64,000 nucleotides of DNA from Xanthobacteraceae bacterium (lineage in GTDB: Bacteria; Pseudomonadota; Alphaproteobacteria; Rhizobiales; Xanthobacteraceae): the NCBI GenBank assembly GCA_036559465.1, contig DATBTC010000063.1, positions 2,497-66,496 of the forward strand, written 5' to 3'. This document shows, one piece after another, positions 1 through 11,652 of the stretch. Every line of letters starts with the position of its first letter. Positions within the stretch are counted from its first letter, which is position 1. The notes beneath the pieces were generated by a model. The model was not told the DNA's origin. It ran no database searches and worked only from the letters and a program-made list of their open reading frames with translations. The position numbers were made by a program, and so were the translations under genes.

Positions 1-2139
<2,139 letters not shown>

Positions 2140-2148
2140 GCGCGCACA

Positions 2149-2592
2149 TTGAACGACCAAGACGAAAATCTGCAGCGCCGTCTATTGGGCACCTGGAAGC
2201 TCGTTTCCGCGGTGCGCGAAGAAATCCCCTCCGGCCGCAAGACCGATTTCTTCGGGCCCGATCCGGTCGGCTACCTCACCTACAGTCCGGAAGGGCGCAT
2301 GTTCGCGCTCATCGTACGCGGCGACCGCAAGCGCCCTAAGGGCGCGGTTGCGGCGCCCTCGGAGATCGAGGCGCTGTTCAAGAGCGCCGTGAGCTACACG
2401 GGGAAATTCACCGTCGAGGGCAACGAGGTCATTCATTACGTTGACGCGTCGATGAACGAGGCCTGGACCGGCACCGTGCAGCGCCGCACCGCGGCTTTCG
2501 AGAATGGGCGTCTCGCACTCTCGACGCCGCCGTCGCCCGATCCGCTCGATGGCCTGCACAGCGTCCGCACCATGACCTGGGAGCGGGCCTAG
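2149..2592 (+). CDS. lipocalin-like domain protein, function unknown
   Basis: 147-aa ORF with a TTG start 9 nt after the gyrB stop. N-terminal LLGTWKLVS...GYLTYSPEGRM pattern recalls bacterial lipocalin-like beta-barrel domains. Family call is from motif recall only. Confidence 0.55.
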   Translation: MNDQDENLQRRLLGTWKLVSAVREEIPSGRKTDFFGPDPVGYLTYSPEGRMFALIVRGDRKRPKGAVAAPSEIEALFKSAVSYTGKFTVEGNEVIHYVDASMNEAWTGTVQRRTAAFENGRLALSTPPSPDPLDGLHSVRTMTWERA

Positions 2593-3587
2593 GGCACGAG
2601 CAGCAGCGAGCCGGTCGATTTCCGCGCTTCAAGGTCGCGATGCGCCTCGGCCGCGTCCTTCAATGCGTAAGTCTTGCCGATCTCGACCTTGAGCACGCCT
2701 TTTATCACAAGCTCGAACAGCTCGACCGCCGCTGTGCGCATGGTCTCCGCGTCGCGGATATAAGTGCTCAGGCCCGGCCGGCTCACGGACAATGAGCGCT
2801 TGGCGAGCAACAGAAGATCGAGCGGCGGCACATGCCCGGAAGCATTGCCGTAGTTCACCGCCATCCCGAATGGCTGGATGCATTCGAGCGAGGCCTGGAA
2901 CGTATCCTTGCCGACGCCGTCGAACACCGCCGCAACGCCTTGCGGCGCGAGCTGCTTCACCGCGGCGACGAAATCCGTCTCGCGATAGAAAATCGTATGG
3001 TCGCAGCCATGCGCCTTGGCGACCCGCGCCTTTTCCGCCGAGCCCACCGTGCCGATCACCCTGGCGCCGAGATGCTTGGCCCATTGGCAGAGGATCAAGC
3101 CGACGCCGCTCGCGGCGGTGTGGATCAGGATGGTGTCGCCGGGCTTGGGTTTGAAGACGCGGTTGATGATGAGCGATGCCGTGAAACCCTTGACCATCAG
3201 CGCCGCCGCTTGCCGGTCGGAGACACCGTCCGGAAGCGCAATCAGCCGCTCCACCGGAACATTGCGTGCCTCTGCGTAAGCGCCGCTTGCTTGAAAAAAC
3301 TCGCCCTTCATTCCGGCATAAACGATCCGGTCACCGGGCTTGAACCCGCCGGCGCCCGCTCCGACGCTCTCGATGACGCCGGCCGCCTCGTTGCCGAGGA
3401 TGATCGGGAATTCCTGCGGCTTGGCCAGATAAAAGCCGCCGCGCCGCACATTGACGTCGGAATAATTGATCCCGATCGCGCTATGGCGGATGCGCGCCTC
3501 GCCGGCGGCGAGCGGCGAAAGCTCGATCTCTTCCCAACGCATCACCTCGGGCCCGCCATTGGCGTGGATGCGGATGGCGTGCGTCAT
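2589..3587 (-). CDS. qor: NADPH:quinone oxidoreductase (zeta-crystallin-type medium-chain dehydrogenase/reductase)
   Basis: ORF 2589..4190 trimmed to the ATG at 3585-3587 (MTHAIRIHANGGPEVMRWEEIEL...). GNEAAGVIESVG and the nucleotide-binding stretch AASGVGLILCQWAKHLGARVIGTVGS. 332 aa. Confidence 0.8.
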   Translation of the reverse strand: MTHAIRIHANGGPEVMRWEEIELSPLAAGEARIRHSAIGINYSDVNVRRGGFYLAKPQEFPIILGNEAAGVIESVGAGAGGFKPGDRIVYAGMKGEFFQASGAYAEARNVPVERLIALPDGVSDRQAAALMVKGFTASLIINRVFKPKPGDTILIHTAASGVGLILCQWAKHLGARVIGTVGSAEKARVAKAHGCDHTIFYRETDFVAAVKQLAPQGVAAVFDGVGKDTFQASLECIQPFGMAVNYGNASGHVPPLDLLLLAKRSLSVSRPGLSTYIRDAETMRTAAVELFELVIKGVLKVEIGKTYALKDAAEAHRDLEARKSTGSLLLVP

Positions 3588-3598
3588 CGGTCCGTCCG

Positions 3599-4240
3599 TC
3601 AGCCTTGCAGGAACTGGTTGATGCGCCGTTCCTTGCCGATCGTTGAAGCTGGGCCATGGCCGGGCAGGATCGCGAACTCGTCGCCGAGCGGCAGCAACCT
3701 CGTCTTGATCCCGGAGATCAGCAGCGCGTGATCGCCATAGGGCATGTCGGTGCGTCCCACCGAGCCCGCAAACAGCGTGTCGCCGACCAGGGCGAGCTTT
3801 GACGGCGCATGCACGAATACCACGTGCCCCGGCGTATGGCCGGGCACCTGCAGCACGTCGAGCATAAGCCCGCCGAACTCGACCGTGTCGCCTTGCTTGA
3901 GCCAGCGTCCAGGCGTGACCGGCCGCGCGTCGGCCATGCCGAATTTCGGGCCGCTCTCGGCCAAACGATCGAGCAGAAAGCGATCCGCCTCGTGCGGGCC
4001 CTCGACCGGGATCGAAAGCGATTCCGATAGCTCCGCCGCACCGCCAGCATGGTCGATATGGCCGTGGGTGAGAAAGATTTTCTCCGGCTTGACCTTCAGC
4101 TCGTCGATGGCGGCCCGGATGCGGGCGACCTCGCCGCCCGGGTCCACGATTGCCGCCCGCCCGGTCGCCTCGGCGACCAGTATCGAGCAATTCTGCGCGA
4201 ACGGGGTGACGGGCAGGATCGCGACCTTGATTGCAGGCAT
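3599..4240 (-). CDS. MBL-fold metallo-hydrolase (glyoxalase II / YcbL-like)
   Basis: 213 aa. HxHxDH motif THGHIDHAGG, later GHTPGH and a DTLF..GSVGRTD segment typical of small glyoxalase-II-like hydrolases. Confidence 0.8.
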   Translation of the reverse strand: MPAIKVAILPVTPFAQNCSILVAEATGRAAIVDPGGEVARIRAAIDELKVKPEKIFLTHGHIDHAGGAAELSESLSIPVEGPHEADRFLLDRLAESGPKFGMADARPVTPGRWLKQGDTVEFGGLMLDVLQVPGHTPGHVVFVHAPSKLALVGDTLFAGSVGRTDMPYGDHALLISGIKTRLLPLGDEFAILPGHGPASTIGKERRINQFLQG

Positions 4241-4356
4241 GGACCTCTCGCGGCTTTGTGCATCCTGCTAGCGGTCCGGCACGGCCTGCGCAATCGCCGA
4301 GCCGAGCCTTTCTCCTGCGCCCGGGACTTGGTCTAAGGTGGGGGCAGGTGCATGCG

Positions 4357-5151
4357 ATGAGTCTCTCCGCCGAAGAGCTAGAGCGCTATGCCCGCCACAT
4401 CGTGCTGCGCGAGGTGGGCGGGCCGGGCCAGCAACGCTTGAAATCCGCGCGCGTGCTGGTGGTAGGCGCAGGCGGTATTGGCTCGCCGGCGTTGCTTTAT
4501 CTTGCCGCCGCCGGTGTCGGCACGCTCGGTGTCGTCGATGACGACAAGGTTTCGCTGTCCAATCTGCAGCGCCAGGTCATCCACGCGACATCCGACGTCG
4601 GCCGGCCCAAGACCGAAAGCGCCGGTGCGGCCATCCGCCGCCTCAATCCGCACGTGGCCGTCGAGCCGCACGCGGTGCGGCTGGAGGCGGGCAACGCGCT
4701 CGCGCTGATCTCGGCCTATGACGTGGTGCTCGACGGCTCGGACAATTTCGCCACCCGCTATCTGGTTTCCGACGCGTGCTTTTTCGCCAAGCGCCCGCTG
4801 GTGACCGCCGCACTCGGCACCTTCGATGCGACGCTGACCACGATCCGCGCCCACGAGACCGGCGCCGACGGCAAGCCGAATCCGACCTATCGCTGCCTGT
4901 TCCCTGAGCCGCCGCCGCCGGGCACGGTGCCGGCCTGCGCCGAAGCCGGAATCCTGGGGGCGCTCGCAGGCGTCGCCGGGAGTCTTGCGGCGCTCGAGGC
5001 GATCCGCGCGATCGTCGGCTTCGGTGAGGGTCTTGTCGGCAAGCTCTTGATGATCGACGCGCGTTCCATGCGCTTCGAGACGCTCAGCTATGGCTGGGAC
5101 GAGAACAATCCACTTTCAGGGAAGAAGCCGGCGATAAAGCCACCGTCTTGA
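4357..5151 (+). CDS. HesA/MoeB/ThiF-family adenylyltransferase (probable molybdopterin-synthase adenylyltransferase)
   Basis: ORF 4231..5151 trimmed to MSLSAEELERYARHIVLREVGG. Rossmann motif VLVVGAGGIGSPALLYLAAAGVG, VSLSNLQRQ, YRCLFPEPP...CAEAGILG. Collinear with E. coli MoeB/ThiF from memory. Confidence 0.75.
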   Translation: MSLSAEELERYARHIVLREVGGPGQQRLKSARVLVVGAGGIGSPALLYLAAAGVGTLGVVDDDKVSLSNLQRQVIHATSDVGRPKTESAGAAIRRLNPHVAVEPHAVRLEAGNALALISAYDVVLDGSDNFATRYLVSDACFFAKRPLVTAALGTFDATLTTIRAHETGADGKPNPTYRCLFPEPPPPGTVPACAEAGILGALAGVAGSLAALEAIRAIVGFGEGLVGKLLMIDARSMRFETLSYGWDENNPLSGKKPAIKPPS

Positions 5152-5160
5152 GGTGCTCAA

Positions 5161-6165
5161 TTAAAGCGTCGCCGGCAGAACTCTATCCGGCGGGCGGTGC
5201 CCATCCATGAAGGTCTTGATGTTGACGATGACCTTCTCGCCCATGTCGACGCGTCCCTCGATCGTCGAAGAAGCCATGTGCGGCAACAGCACGACCTTGT
5301 TTTGACGCGCGAGCTTGACGAGCTTGGGGCTCACTGCCGGCTCGTGCTCGTAGACGTCGAGCCCTGCGCCGCCGAGTTCGCCGGCTTCGACCATGCGCAC
5401 CAGCGCGTTCTCGTCGATCACCTCGCCGCGTGCGGTATTCACGACATAAGCCTCGGGCCGCATCAACTTCAGCCGTCGCGCCGAGAGCAAGTGGTACGTC
5501 GCCGGCGTATGCGGGCAATTGACCGAGACGATGTCCATGCGCGCCAGCATCTGGTCGAGGCTTTCCCAATAGGTCGCCTCGAGCGCTTCCTCGATCTCGG
5601 GCGCCACGCGACGGCGGTTGTGATAATGGATCTGCAATCCGAACGCCTTGGCGCGCCTGGCGACCGCGGCGCCGATGCGGCCCATGCCGATGATGCCGAG
5701 CCGCTTGCCGCCCATGCGGTGTCCGAGCATCCAGGTCGGCGTCCATCCGCCCCATTCCTTGTCGCTCGTGAGCACGCTGGCGCCCTCGGCGAGCCGGCGC
5801 GGCACGGCGAGAATCAGCGCCATGGTCATGTCGGCGACGTCCTCGGTGAGTACGCCCGGCGTATTGGTCACGGTGATACCGCGCGTGAGCGCGGTAGCGA
5901 CGTCGATATGATCCACGCCGTTGCCGAAATTCGCGATCAGCCGCAGATTTTCGCCGGCCTGGGAGAGCACGGCCGTGTCGATGCGATCTGTGATCGTGGG
6001 CACCAGCACGTCGGCGGATTTCGCCGCGGCCACGAGCTCGGCCTGGCTCATCGGCCGGTCGTCCACGTTGAGGCGCGCATCGAACAACTCGCGCATCCGC
6101 GTCTCGACCCGCTCCGGCAGGCGCCGCGTGACCACGACGAGCGGCTTTTTCTTCGAAGTCGGCAT
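5161..6165 (-). CDS. D-isomer-specific 2-hydroxyacid dehydrogenase (glyoxylate/hydroxypyruvate reductase-like)
   Basis: 334 aa. NAD-binding GIIGMGRIGAAVARRAKAFG, VVNTARGEVIDENAL, catalytic-His region LLPHMASST. Confidence 0.85.
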   Translation of the reverse strand: MPTSKKKPLVVVTRRLPERVETRMRELFDARLNVDDRPMSQAELVAAAKSADVLVPTITDRIDTAVLSQAGENLRLIANFGNGVDHIDVATALTRGITVTNTPGVLTEDVADMTMALILAVPRRLAEGASVLTSDKEWGGWTPTWMLGHRMGGKRLGIIGMGRIGAAVARRAKAFGLQIHYHNRRRVAPEIEEALEATYWESLDQMLARMDIVSVNCPHTPATYHLLSARRLKLMRPEAYVVNTARGEVIDENALVRMVEAGELGGAGLDVYEHEPAVSPKLVKLARQNKVVLLPHMASSTIEGRVDMGEKVIVNIKTFMDGHRPPDRVLPATL

Positions 6166-6326
6166 CGTCCTGCGGTGACCTTCCGTTAACCGGGCACTGG
6201 CTTTCTCTCTAGCAGACGGGGTTGCCCGAACAAGACCGGCACCATCGAGCGCGCTCTTGACAGGGGCCGGGGCCGCCGGCCTTCCTGCGGGGCGGGGGAA
6301 TCAAACGGCGAGGGGACGGCGGATCG

Positions 6327-6860
6327 ATGGTAATTCGCACGCACATTGATTGGCCGCAAATTGCGGGGGCGCTCCTGCTGCTCGTATTTTTTGCGGCGCC
6401 GACCGGCGTGTTGGGCCAGACCGCGGGGACCGCGAGCGGCTTGCCGGTTCCGCGCTACGTCAGCCTCAAGGTCGACAAGGTCAATGTGCGCAAAGGGCCC
6501 TCGCGCGAGCACGAGGTGAACTGGGTCTTCACCCGCGCCGGGTTGCCGGTGGAAGTCACCGCCGAGTTCGAGAACTGGCGGCGCATCCGCGACGCCGAGG
6601 GCTCCGAGGGCTGGGTCTTCCACTCCATGCTTTCGGGCCGCCGCACCGCGCTGATCTCGCCCTGGTCGAAGAGCCAGACTTTTACGCTGCACGAGCGGCC
6701 GGACCTTGCAGCGCCGGTCTCCGCGCAATTGCGGCCGGGAGTCTTGGGCACGGTCCGGGGCTGTAACGGCCGCTGGTGCCGCATTTTCGGCGATGGCTTC
6801 GACGGCTTCATCGAGCAGGAACGGCTCTGGGGCGTCTATCCCAACGAAGCGGTGCAATAA
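6327..6860 (+). CDS. secreted/membrane-anchored SH3-like domain protein (DUF1058-type)
   Basis: 177 aa. N-terminal hydrophobic segment ALLLLVFFAAPTGVLGQ, then two SH3-like repeats (RYVSLKVDKVNVRKGPSREHEVNW... and TLHERPDLAAPVSAQLRPGVLGTVRGCNGRWCRI). Confidence 0.7.
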   Translation: MVIRTHIDWPQIAGALLLLVFFAAPTGVLGQTAGTASGLPVPRYVSLKVDKVNVRKGPSREHEVNWVFTRAGLPVEVTAEFENWRRIRDAEGSEGWVFHSMLSGRRTALISPWSKSQTFTLHERPDLAAPVSAQLRPGVLGTVRGCNGRWCRIFGDGFDGFIEQERLWGVYPNEAVQ

Positions 6861-6870
6861 CCTTAGCCAC

Positions 6871-6902
6871 TAAAAAGCAAAATGGCCGGGACGAACCCGG
6901 CC
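6871..6902 (-). terminator. rho-independent terminator of irr
   Basis: Perfect 7-bp stem GGCCGGG-acgaa-CCCGGCC (6884-6902). On the minus strand it is followed by ATTTTGCTTTTT. Lies 30 nt downstream of the irr stop, between convergent genes. Confidence 0.75.
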
Positions 6903-6931
6903 ACGGATCGATCCGCTGCGTGTCTTCGCAG

Positions 6932-7453
6932 CTAGCCCTTGCGGCGCAGGCGCACGACCACATCGACGCGAGAAACCTCGAAGCCCGCGGGCGGCTTCGG
7001 CAGCCGGTCGACCAGAAGCTCGGAACCTGGAATATCGAAGATATTGTTGTCACCTTCGACGAAGAAGTGATGGTGGTCCGAGTTGTTGGTGTCGAAATAG
7101 GTCTTCGACCCGTCGACCGCGACCTCGCGCAACAGCCGCACCTCGGTGAACTGGTTCAGCGTGTTGTAGACGGTCGCCAGCGACACCGGGAAACGCGCGC
7201 GCAGTGCCTCTTCGTGCAGGCTTTCCGCGGTCATGTGCCGGTCGCCCTTGGCAAACAGCAGCCAGCCGAGCGCAAGCCGCTGGCGCGTCGGCCGCAGGCC
7301 CACCTCGCGCAGCATCTGCCGCACGTCATGGAACGGACAGCCGGTACGCCGCCCCGCCGCCGGTTGCGTCTGCAGCCGCTCGACCGGGAGCTCCACGTCG
7401 TCGTCCTCGAACACGGGGCGACGCGGCATGTCGTTGGTAATTGGGTCTGCCAT
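6932..7453 (-). CDS. irr: iron response regulator Irr (Fur family)
   Basis: 173 aa. Close collinearity with Bradyrhizobium Irr as I recall it (GCP.HDV..ML...GLRPTRQR.ALGWLLF.KG.RH.TAE.L.EEA......VSLATVYNTLNQ, DG.KTYFDTN...HHH). Divergent from fabA, as in many Rhizobiales. Confidence 0.9.
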   Translation of the reverse strand: MADPITNDMPRRPVFEDDDVELPVERLQTQPAAGRRTGCPFHDVRQMLREVGLRPTRQRLALGWLLFAKGDRHMTAESLHEEALRARFPVSLATVYNTLNQFTEVRLLREVAVDGSKTYFDTNNSDHHHFFVEGDNNIFDIPGSELLVDRLPKPPAGFEVSRVDVVVRLRRKG

Positions 7454-7619
7454 GTTGTCTCGATAATAGGGAGGCGATGCCCTAGGCGCAACACCCGGCC
7501 CAACAAGGCTTTTTGCGCGAAATCGAGGGCTATTCCACGGACCTCTGTGCCTTTCGGGTATCAGGTTGCTGTGTTAGGAAATTTGCGGCCTGAAACGGGG
7601 CCGGTGTCCCAGAGCGGCA

Positions 7620-8153
7620 ATGAGCGAGCGGCGCGCGAACTACGAATACGAGGATCTGCTGACCTGCGGGCGCGGCGAGCTTTTCGGCGCGGGCAATGCC
7701 CAGTTGCCGTTGCCGCCGATGCTGATGTTCGACCGCATTTCGGAAATCGCCGAGACCGGCGGCCAGCATGGCAAGGGCCTGATGCGGGCCGAGCTGAAGG
7801 TGCGGCCGGATCTGTGGTTCTTTTCCTGCCATTTCAAGGGCGATCCGGTCATGCCCGGCTGCCTCGGGATCGATGCGCTCTGGCAGATGCTCGGCTTTTT
7901 CCTTGGCTGGCTTGGGGCGCCGGGCCGGGGCCGGGCGCTCGGCGTCGGCGAGATCAAACTCTCCGGTCAGGTGCTGCCGACGGTAAAGAACGTCGTTTAT
8001 GGCATCGACATCAAACGCGTGATGCGTTCCAAGCTCGTGCTCGGTATCGCCGACGGGTGGCTCTCCGCCGACGGCGAGACCATCTATCGCGCTTTCGACC
8101 TCAAGGTCGGCCTGTTCCGCGCCGACCAGGAGACGCAAGCGGCGAAAGCCTGA
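7620..8153 (+). CDS. fabA: 3-hydroxydecanoyl-ACP dehydratase/isomerase
   Basis: 177 aa. [12 protein letters not shown] and the active-site region [23 protein letters not shown]. Confidence 0.93.
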   Translation: MSERRANYEYEDLLTCGRGELFGAGNAQLPLPPMLMFDRISEIAETGGQHGKGLMRAELKVRPDLWFFSCHFKGDPVMPGCLGIDALWQMLGFFLGWLGAPGRGRALGVGEIKLSGQVLPTVKNVVYGIDIKRVMRSKLVLGIADGWLSADGETIYRAFDLKVGLFRADQETQAAKA

Positions 8154-8201
8154 AGGCGCGCGGCCGAAGCCCGGCCGGCCGCCCGGATCGACGAGGCAGA
8201 C

Positions 8202-9419
8202 ATGCGACGAGTGGTCGTCAGCGGGATGGGCATCGTCTCGTCCATCGGCAACAGCACGCAAGAAGTGCTGGCTTCGCTGCGCGAAGCCAAGAGCGGAATT
8301 TCCGCGGCCGCGGACTACAAGCGCCTGGGGTTTCGTTGCCAGGTGCACGGCGCGCCGACGCTCGATCCGGTCGGCATGGTGGACCGGCGCGCGCTACGCT
8401 TCCTCGGCGGCGGTGCAGCCTGGAATCATGTCGCCATGGACCAGGCGATCCGCGATGCCGGGCTCGAGCCCGGCGAAGTCTCCAACGTGAAAACCGGCAT
8501 CATCATGGGCTCGGGCGGGCCCTCGACGCGCACGCTGGTCGAGGCCGCCGACATCACGCGCGAAAAGGGTCCCAAGCGCGTCGGCCCCTTCGCGGTGCCC
8601 AAGGCCATGTCGTCGACCGCCTCGGCAACGCTTGCCACCTGGTTCAAGATCAAGGGGGTCAATTATTCGATCTCCTCGGCGTGCGCGACTTCCAACCACT
8701 GCATCGGCAACTCCTACGAGATGATCCAGGCCGGCAAGCAGGACATCATGTTCGCCGGCGGTTGCGAGGAGCTCGACTGGACGCTCTCGGTCCTGTTCGA
8801 CGCCATGGGCGCCATGTCGTCGGGCTTCAACGACACGCCCGAGAAGGCGTCGCGCGCCTATGACAAGGACCGCGACGGCTTCGTCATCGCAGGCGGTGCT
8901 GGCGTCGTGGTGCTGGAAGAACTTGAGCACGCCAAGGCGCGCGGCGCGCGCATCTACGGCGAAATCACCGGCTACGGCGCCACCTCCGACGGCCACGACA
9001 TGGTACAGCCTTCCGGCGAGGGCGCGGTGCGCTGCATGCGGATGGCGCTCGACGACGTCAAAGCGCCGGTCGATTACATCAATCCGCACGCGACCTCCAC
9101 CCTGATCGGCGATCTGAAGGAGATCGAGGCGATCCGCGAAGTGTTCGGCGCGAAATGTCCGCCGATTTCCGCCACCAAGTCGCTGACCGGTCATTCGCTC
9201 GGCGCCACCGGCGTTCAGGAAGTGATCTATTCGTTGCTGATGATGCAGAACGGCTTCATCTGCGGGAGCGCCAATATCGAGACGCTCGACCCGGCCTTCG
9301 CCGACATGCCGATTCTGCGCGAACGCAAGGACAATGTTCAGCTCGGCTGCGTGCTTTCGAATTCCTTCGGCTTCGGCGGCACCAACGCCTCGATCGTCCT
9401 GCAGCGTGCCGACGCATGA
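8202..9419 (+). CDS. fabB: beta-ketoacyl-ACP synthase I
   Basis: 405 aa. Active-site Cys in [29 protein letters not shown]-terminal [14 protein letters not shown]. Immediately downstream of fabA. Confidence 0.9.
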   Translation: MRRVVVSGMGIVSSIGNSTQEVLASLREAKSGISAAADYKRLGFRCQVHGAPTLDPVGMVDRRALRFLGGGAAWNHVAMDQAIRDAGLEPGEVSNVKTGIIMGSGGPSTRTLVEAADITREKGPKRVGPFAVPKAMSSTASATLATWFKIKGVNYSISSACATSNHCIGNSYEMIQAGKQDIMFAGGCEELDWTLSVLFDAMGAMSSGFNDTPEKASRAYDKDRDGFVIAGGAGVVVLEELEHAKARGARIYGEITGYGATSDGHDMVQPSGEGAVRCMRMALDDVKAPVDYINPHATSTLIGDLKEIEAIREVFGAKCPPISATKSLTGHSLGATGVQEVIYSLLMMQNGFICGSANIETLDPAFADMPILRERKDNVQLGCVLSNSFGFGGTNASIVLQRADA

Positions 9420-10273
9420 CCAAGTCGGTACAGGCGTTGTTGGCGGGCAAGCGCGGCCTCATCATGGGGGTCGCCAACGACCATTCCATCGCCTGGGGCA
9501 TCGCCCAGGCGGCGCATGCGCAGGGCGCGGAACTCGCTTTTACTTATCAGGGCGAGGCGCTCGGCAAGCGCGTGCGGCCGCTCGCCGAGTCGCTCGGCGC
9601 CAAGCTCATCCTGCCCTGCGACGTGGAGGACGCGGCCTCGGTCGATCGCGTTTTCGCCGAGCTCAAGCGCGCCTGGGGTAGTCTCGACTTCGTCGTGCAC
9701 GCCATCGCCTTCTCCGACAAGAACGAGCTCAAGGGCCGCTACGCCGATACTTCGCGCGAGAACTTCGTCCGCACCATGCTGGTTTCCTGCTTCTCCTTCA
9801 CCGAGATCGCCAAGCGCGCCGGCAACTTGATGAAACCGGGCGGCTCGATCCTGACGCTCACGTTCGGCGGCTCGGCCCGCGTCATGCCGAACTACAACGT
9901 GATGGGCGTGGCCAAGGCCGCGCTCGAGGCGAGCGTCCGGTATCTCGCCGCCGATTTCGGGCCCAAGGGTATTCGCGTCAACGCCATTTCCGCGGGCCCG
10001 GTGCGCACGCTGGCCGGCGCCGGCATCGCCAACGCGCGCTTCATGTTCAATTTCCAGAAGCGCCATTCGCCGCTGCGCCGCCCGGTCACCATCGAGGACG
10101 TCGGGGGTGCTGCGCTCTTTTTGCTCTCTGGCCTTTCCTCGGCGGTGACCGGCGAGATCGTCTATGTCGATGCCGGGTACAACGTCATCTCCATGCCTAA
10201 TCCCGAAGACTTGAAGAACGGCGAGGACGAGGCCGACAGCAGGAACGGCGTCACCCCTAAGGCAGCAGAGTAG
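9416..10273 (+). CDS. fabI: enoyl-ACP reductase (NADH)
   Basis: ORF 9155..10273 trimmed to the ATG at 9416, which overlaps the fabB stop (ATGA). [20 protein letters not shown] and the Tyr/Lys catalytic region [15 protein letters not shown]. Confidence 0.9.
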   Translation: MTKSVQALLAGKRGLIMGVANDHSIAWGIAQAAHAQGAELAFTYQGEALGKRVRPLAESLGAKLILPCDVEDAASVDRVFAELKRAWGSLDFVVHAIAFSDKNELKGRYADTSRENFVRTMLVSCFSFTEIAKRAGNLMKPGGSILTLTFGGSARVMPNYNVMGVAKAALEASVRYLAADFGPKGIRVNAISAGPVRTLAGAGIANARFMFNFQKRHSPLRRPVTIEDVGGAALFLLSGLSSAVTGEIVYVDAGYNVISMPNPEDLKNGEDEADSRNGVTPKAAE

Positions 10274-10305
10274 AAGAGCGACGACGAGCACCGGGAGCAC
10301 CGATT

Positions 10306-11586
10306 GTGACCCGTTTGCATGATCTGATCCGCCATGAACGGCCGCGCGGCTTCGAGCTGCCGCGCTGGCTCGAGCGGATCGTTTCGGCCGGCATCGTATC
10401 GACCGATCCACAAATTATCCGGCGCCAGCGGATCACCAATGTCACGGCGCTCGCCGGATCGCTCAACGCGATCACGCGAATTGTCGCCAATTTTTTCTAC
10501 GACGCCGAAAACTTGCTGCTCATGCAGGTCACCTACGCTGGAATTGCGATCTTCCCCCTCCTGGTTCACCGCCTGCATCGATTTAGCGATATCGCGGGCC
10601 CGGCGGCCCTCACGATCTGGTTCCTGGCGTCCGTGACGCTGTCGTCGACCTTCTACGGATTGCAGGCCCAGACCCAGGTCTATTTCTTGCTCGCCGCCAT
10701 CGTGTGGTTCGTGTTCGGCCTGGAGCACTGGCGTATCGCCATCGGCGGGCTGCTCTTGGCGTGCGCGGTGATGCTGGCGGTGGTCAACTTCGCGCCGCAG
10801 CAAGGCATCGCGGGCATTACAGACGAGCGCGCGATGAAATTTCTGGCGATTCAATCCATGATCAATGCCATCGTCATCAACGCCGGGGTGCTGTTCTACG
10901 CGCTGTTCCTGCTGCGGCGGGCCGAGGACGAGCTGGAACGGCAACGCGTCCGCGCCGAGGCCCTGGTATCGGTCGTGCTTCCCGAGGCGGTGGCGCGGCG
11001 CCTGCGCTCCGGTAGCGAGATGCGGATCGCCGACCGCATCGAGAACGTGAGCGTGCTGTTCGCCGATCTCGCCGGCTTCACGCCCGCCGCGCACGAGGAG
11101 CCTCCGGAAGCGGTCGTCGAATATCTCGATCAGTTCGTGCGTGCGTTCGATCTGATGTGCGAGACCTACGGCGTCGATAAGATCAAGACCATCGGCGATT
11201 CCTATATGGCGGTCGGCGGCCTGAACGGGGGAAGTGTCGGCGGCGTGATCGGGATCGGACGCCTGGCGCTCGAAATGCTTAAGGTTCAGCATCGCCGAGC
11301 GCCACTCGGCCACCGGAAGCTCGAACTGCGCGTCGGCATCCATTACGGGACCGCGATCGCTGGCGTGATCGGCGATACGCGGATCTCCTACGATCTATGG
11401 GGCGATGCGGTGAACATGGCCTCGCGCATGCAGTCGCACGGTATTCCCAGCCGCATCCAGGTGAGCGAGGAATATCGCGCTGCCGCCGGCGAGCGCTTCC
11501 TGTTCGAGGAGCGCGGCGACACCGAGATCAAGGGCATCGGCGTCGCGCACACGTTTTTTCTGCTCGGGCCGCGTGTAAAGGATTGA
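10306..11586 (+). CDS. membrane-anchored class III adenylate/guanylate cyclase
   Basis: 426 aa, GTG start. About 6 hydrophobic helices in the N-terminal 200 aa. C-terminal cyclase homology domain: VSVLFADLAGFT, KTIGDSYMAVGG, LRVGIHYGTAIAGVIG, YDLWGDAVNMASRM. Confidence 0.85.
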   Translation: MTRLHDLIRHERPRGFELPRWLERIVSAGIVSTDPQIIRRQRITNVTALAGSLNAITRIVANFFYDAENLLLMQVTYAGIAIFPLLVHRLHRFSDIAGPAALTIWFLASVTLSSTFYGLQAQTQVYFLLAAIVWFVFGLEHWRIAIGGLLLACAVMLAVVNFAPQQGIAGITDERAMKFLAIQSMINAIVINAGVLFYALFLLRRAEDELERQRVRAEALVSVVLPEAVARRLRSGSEMRIADRIENVSVLFADLAGFTPAAHEEPPEAVVEYLDQFVRAFDLMCETYGVDKIKTIGDSYMAVGGLNGGSVGGVIGIGRLALEMLKVQHRRAPLGHRKLELRVGIHYGTAIAGVIGDTRISYDLWGDAVNMASRMQSHGIPSRIQVSEEYRAAAGERFLFEERGDTEIKGIGVAHTFFLLGPRVKD

Positions 11587-11605
11587 AGCGGAACCGGAAA
11601 AGCAA

Positions 11606-11628
11606 AAGGGCGGCTCGTGGCCGCCCTT
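11606..11628. terminator. hairpin terminator between convergent cyclase and pnp genes
   Basis: Perfect 9-bp stem AAGGGCGGC-tcgtg-GCCGCCCTT. A clear T-tract (TTTTGCTTTTCC) follows on the minus strand, so it terminates pnp. Only a weak T-run follows on the plus strand. Confidence 0.7.
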
Positions 11629-11652
11629 CGCTGTTTAGCCGTGAGCCAGGCG

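Noticed and set aside
2589-4190. Over-extended N-termini in the ORF track (this ORF, and 4231..5151, 9155..10273, 31131..32267, 48394..49401, 58187..59254, 59301..60563, 61103..62521)
   Set aside because: The extended parts are Arg/Pro/Gly-rich, overlap the neighbouring real gene, and precede a Met/Val that aligns with the known family N-terminus. The CDSs were trimmed accordingly.
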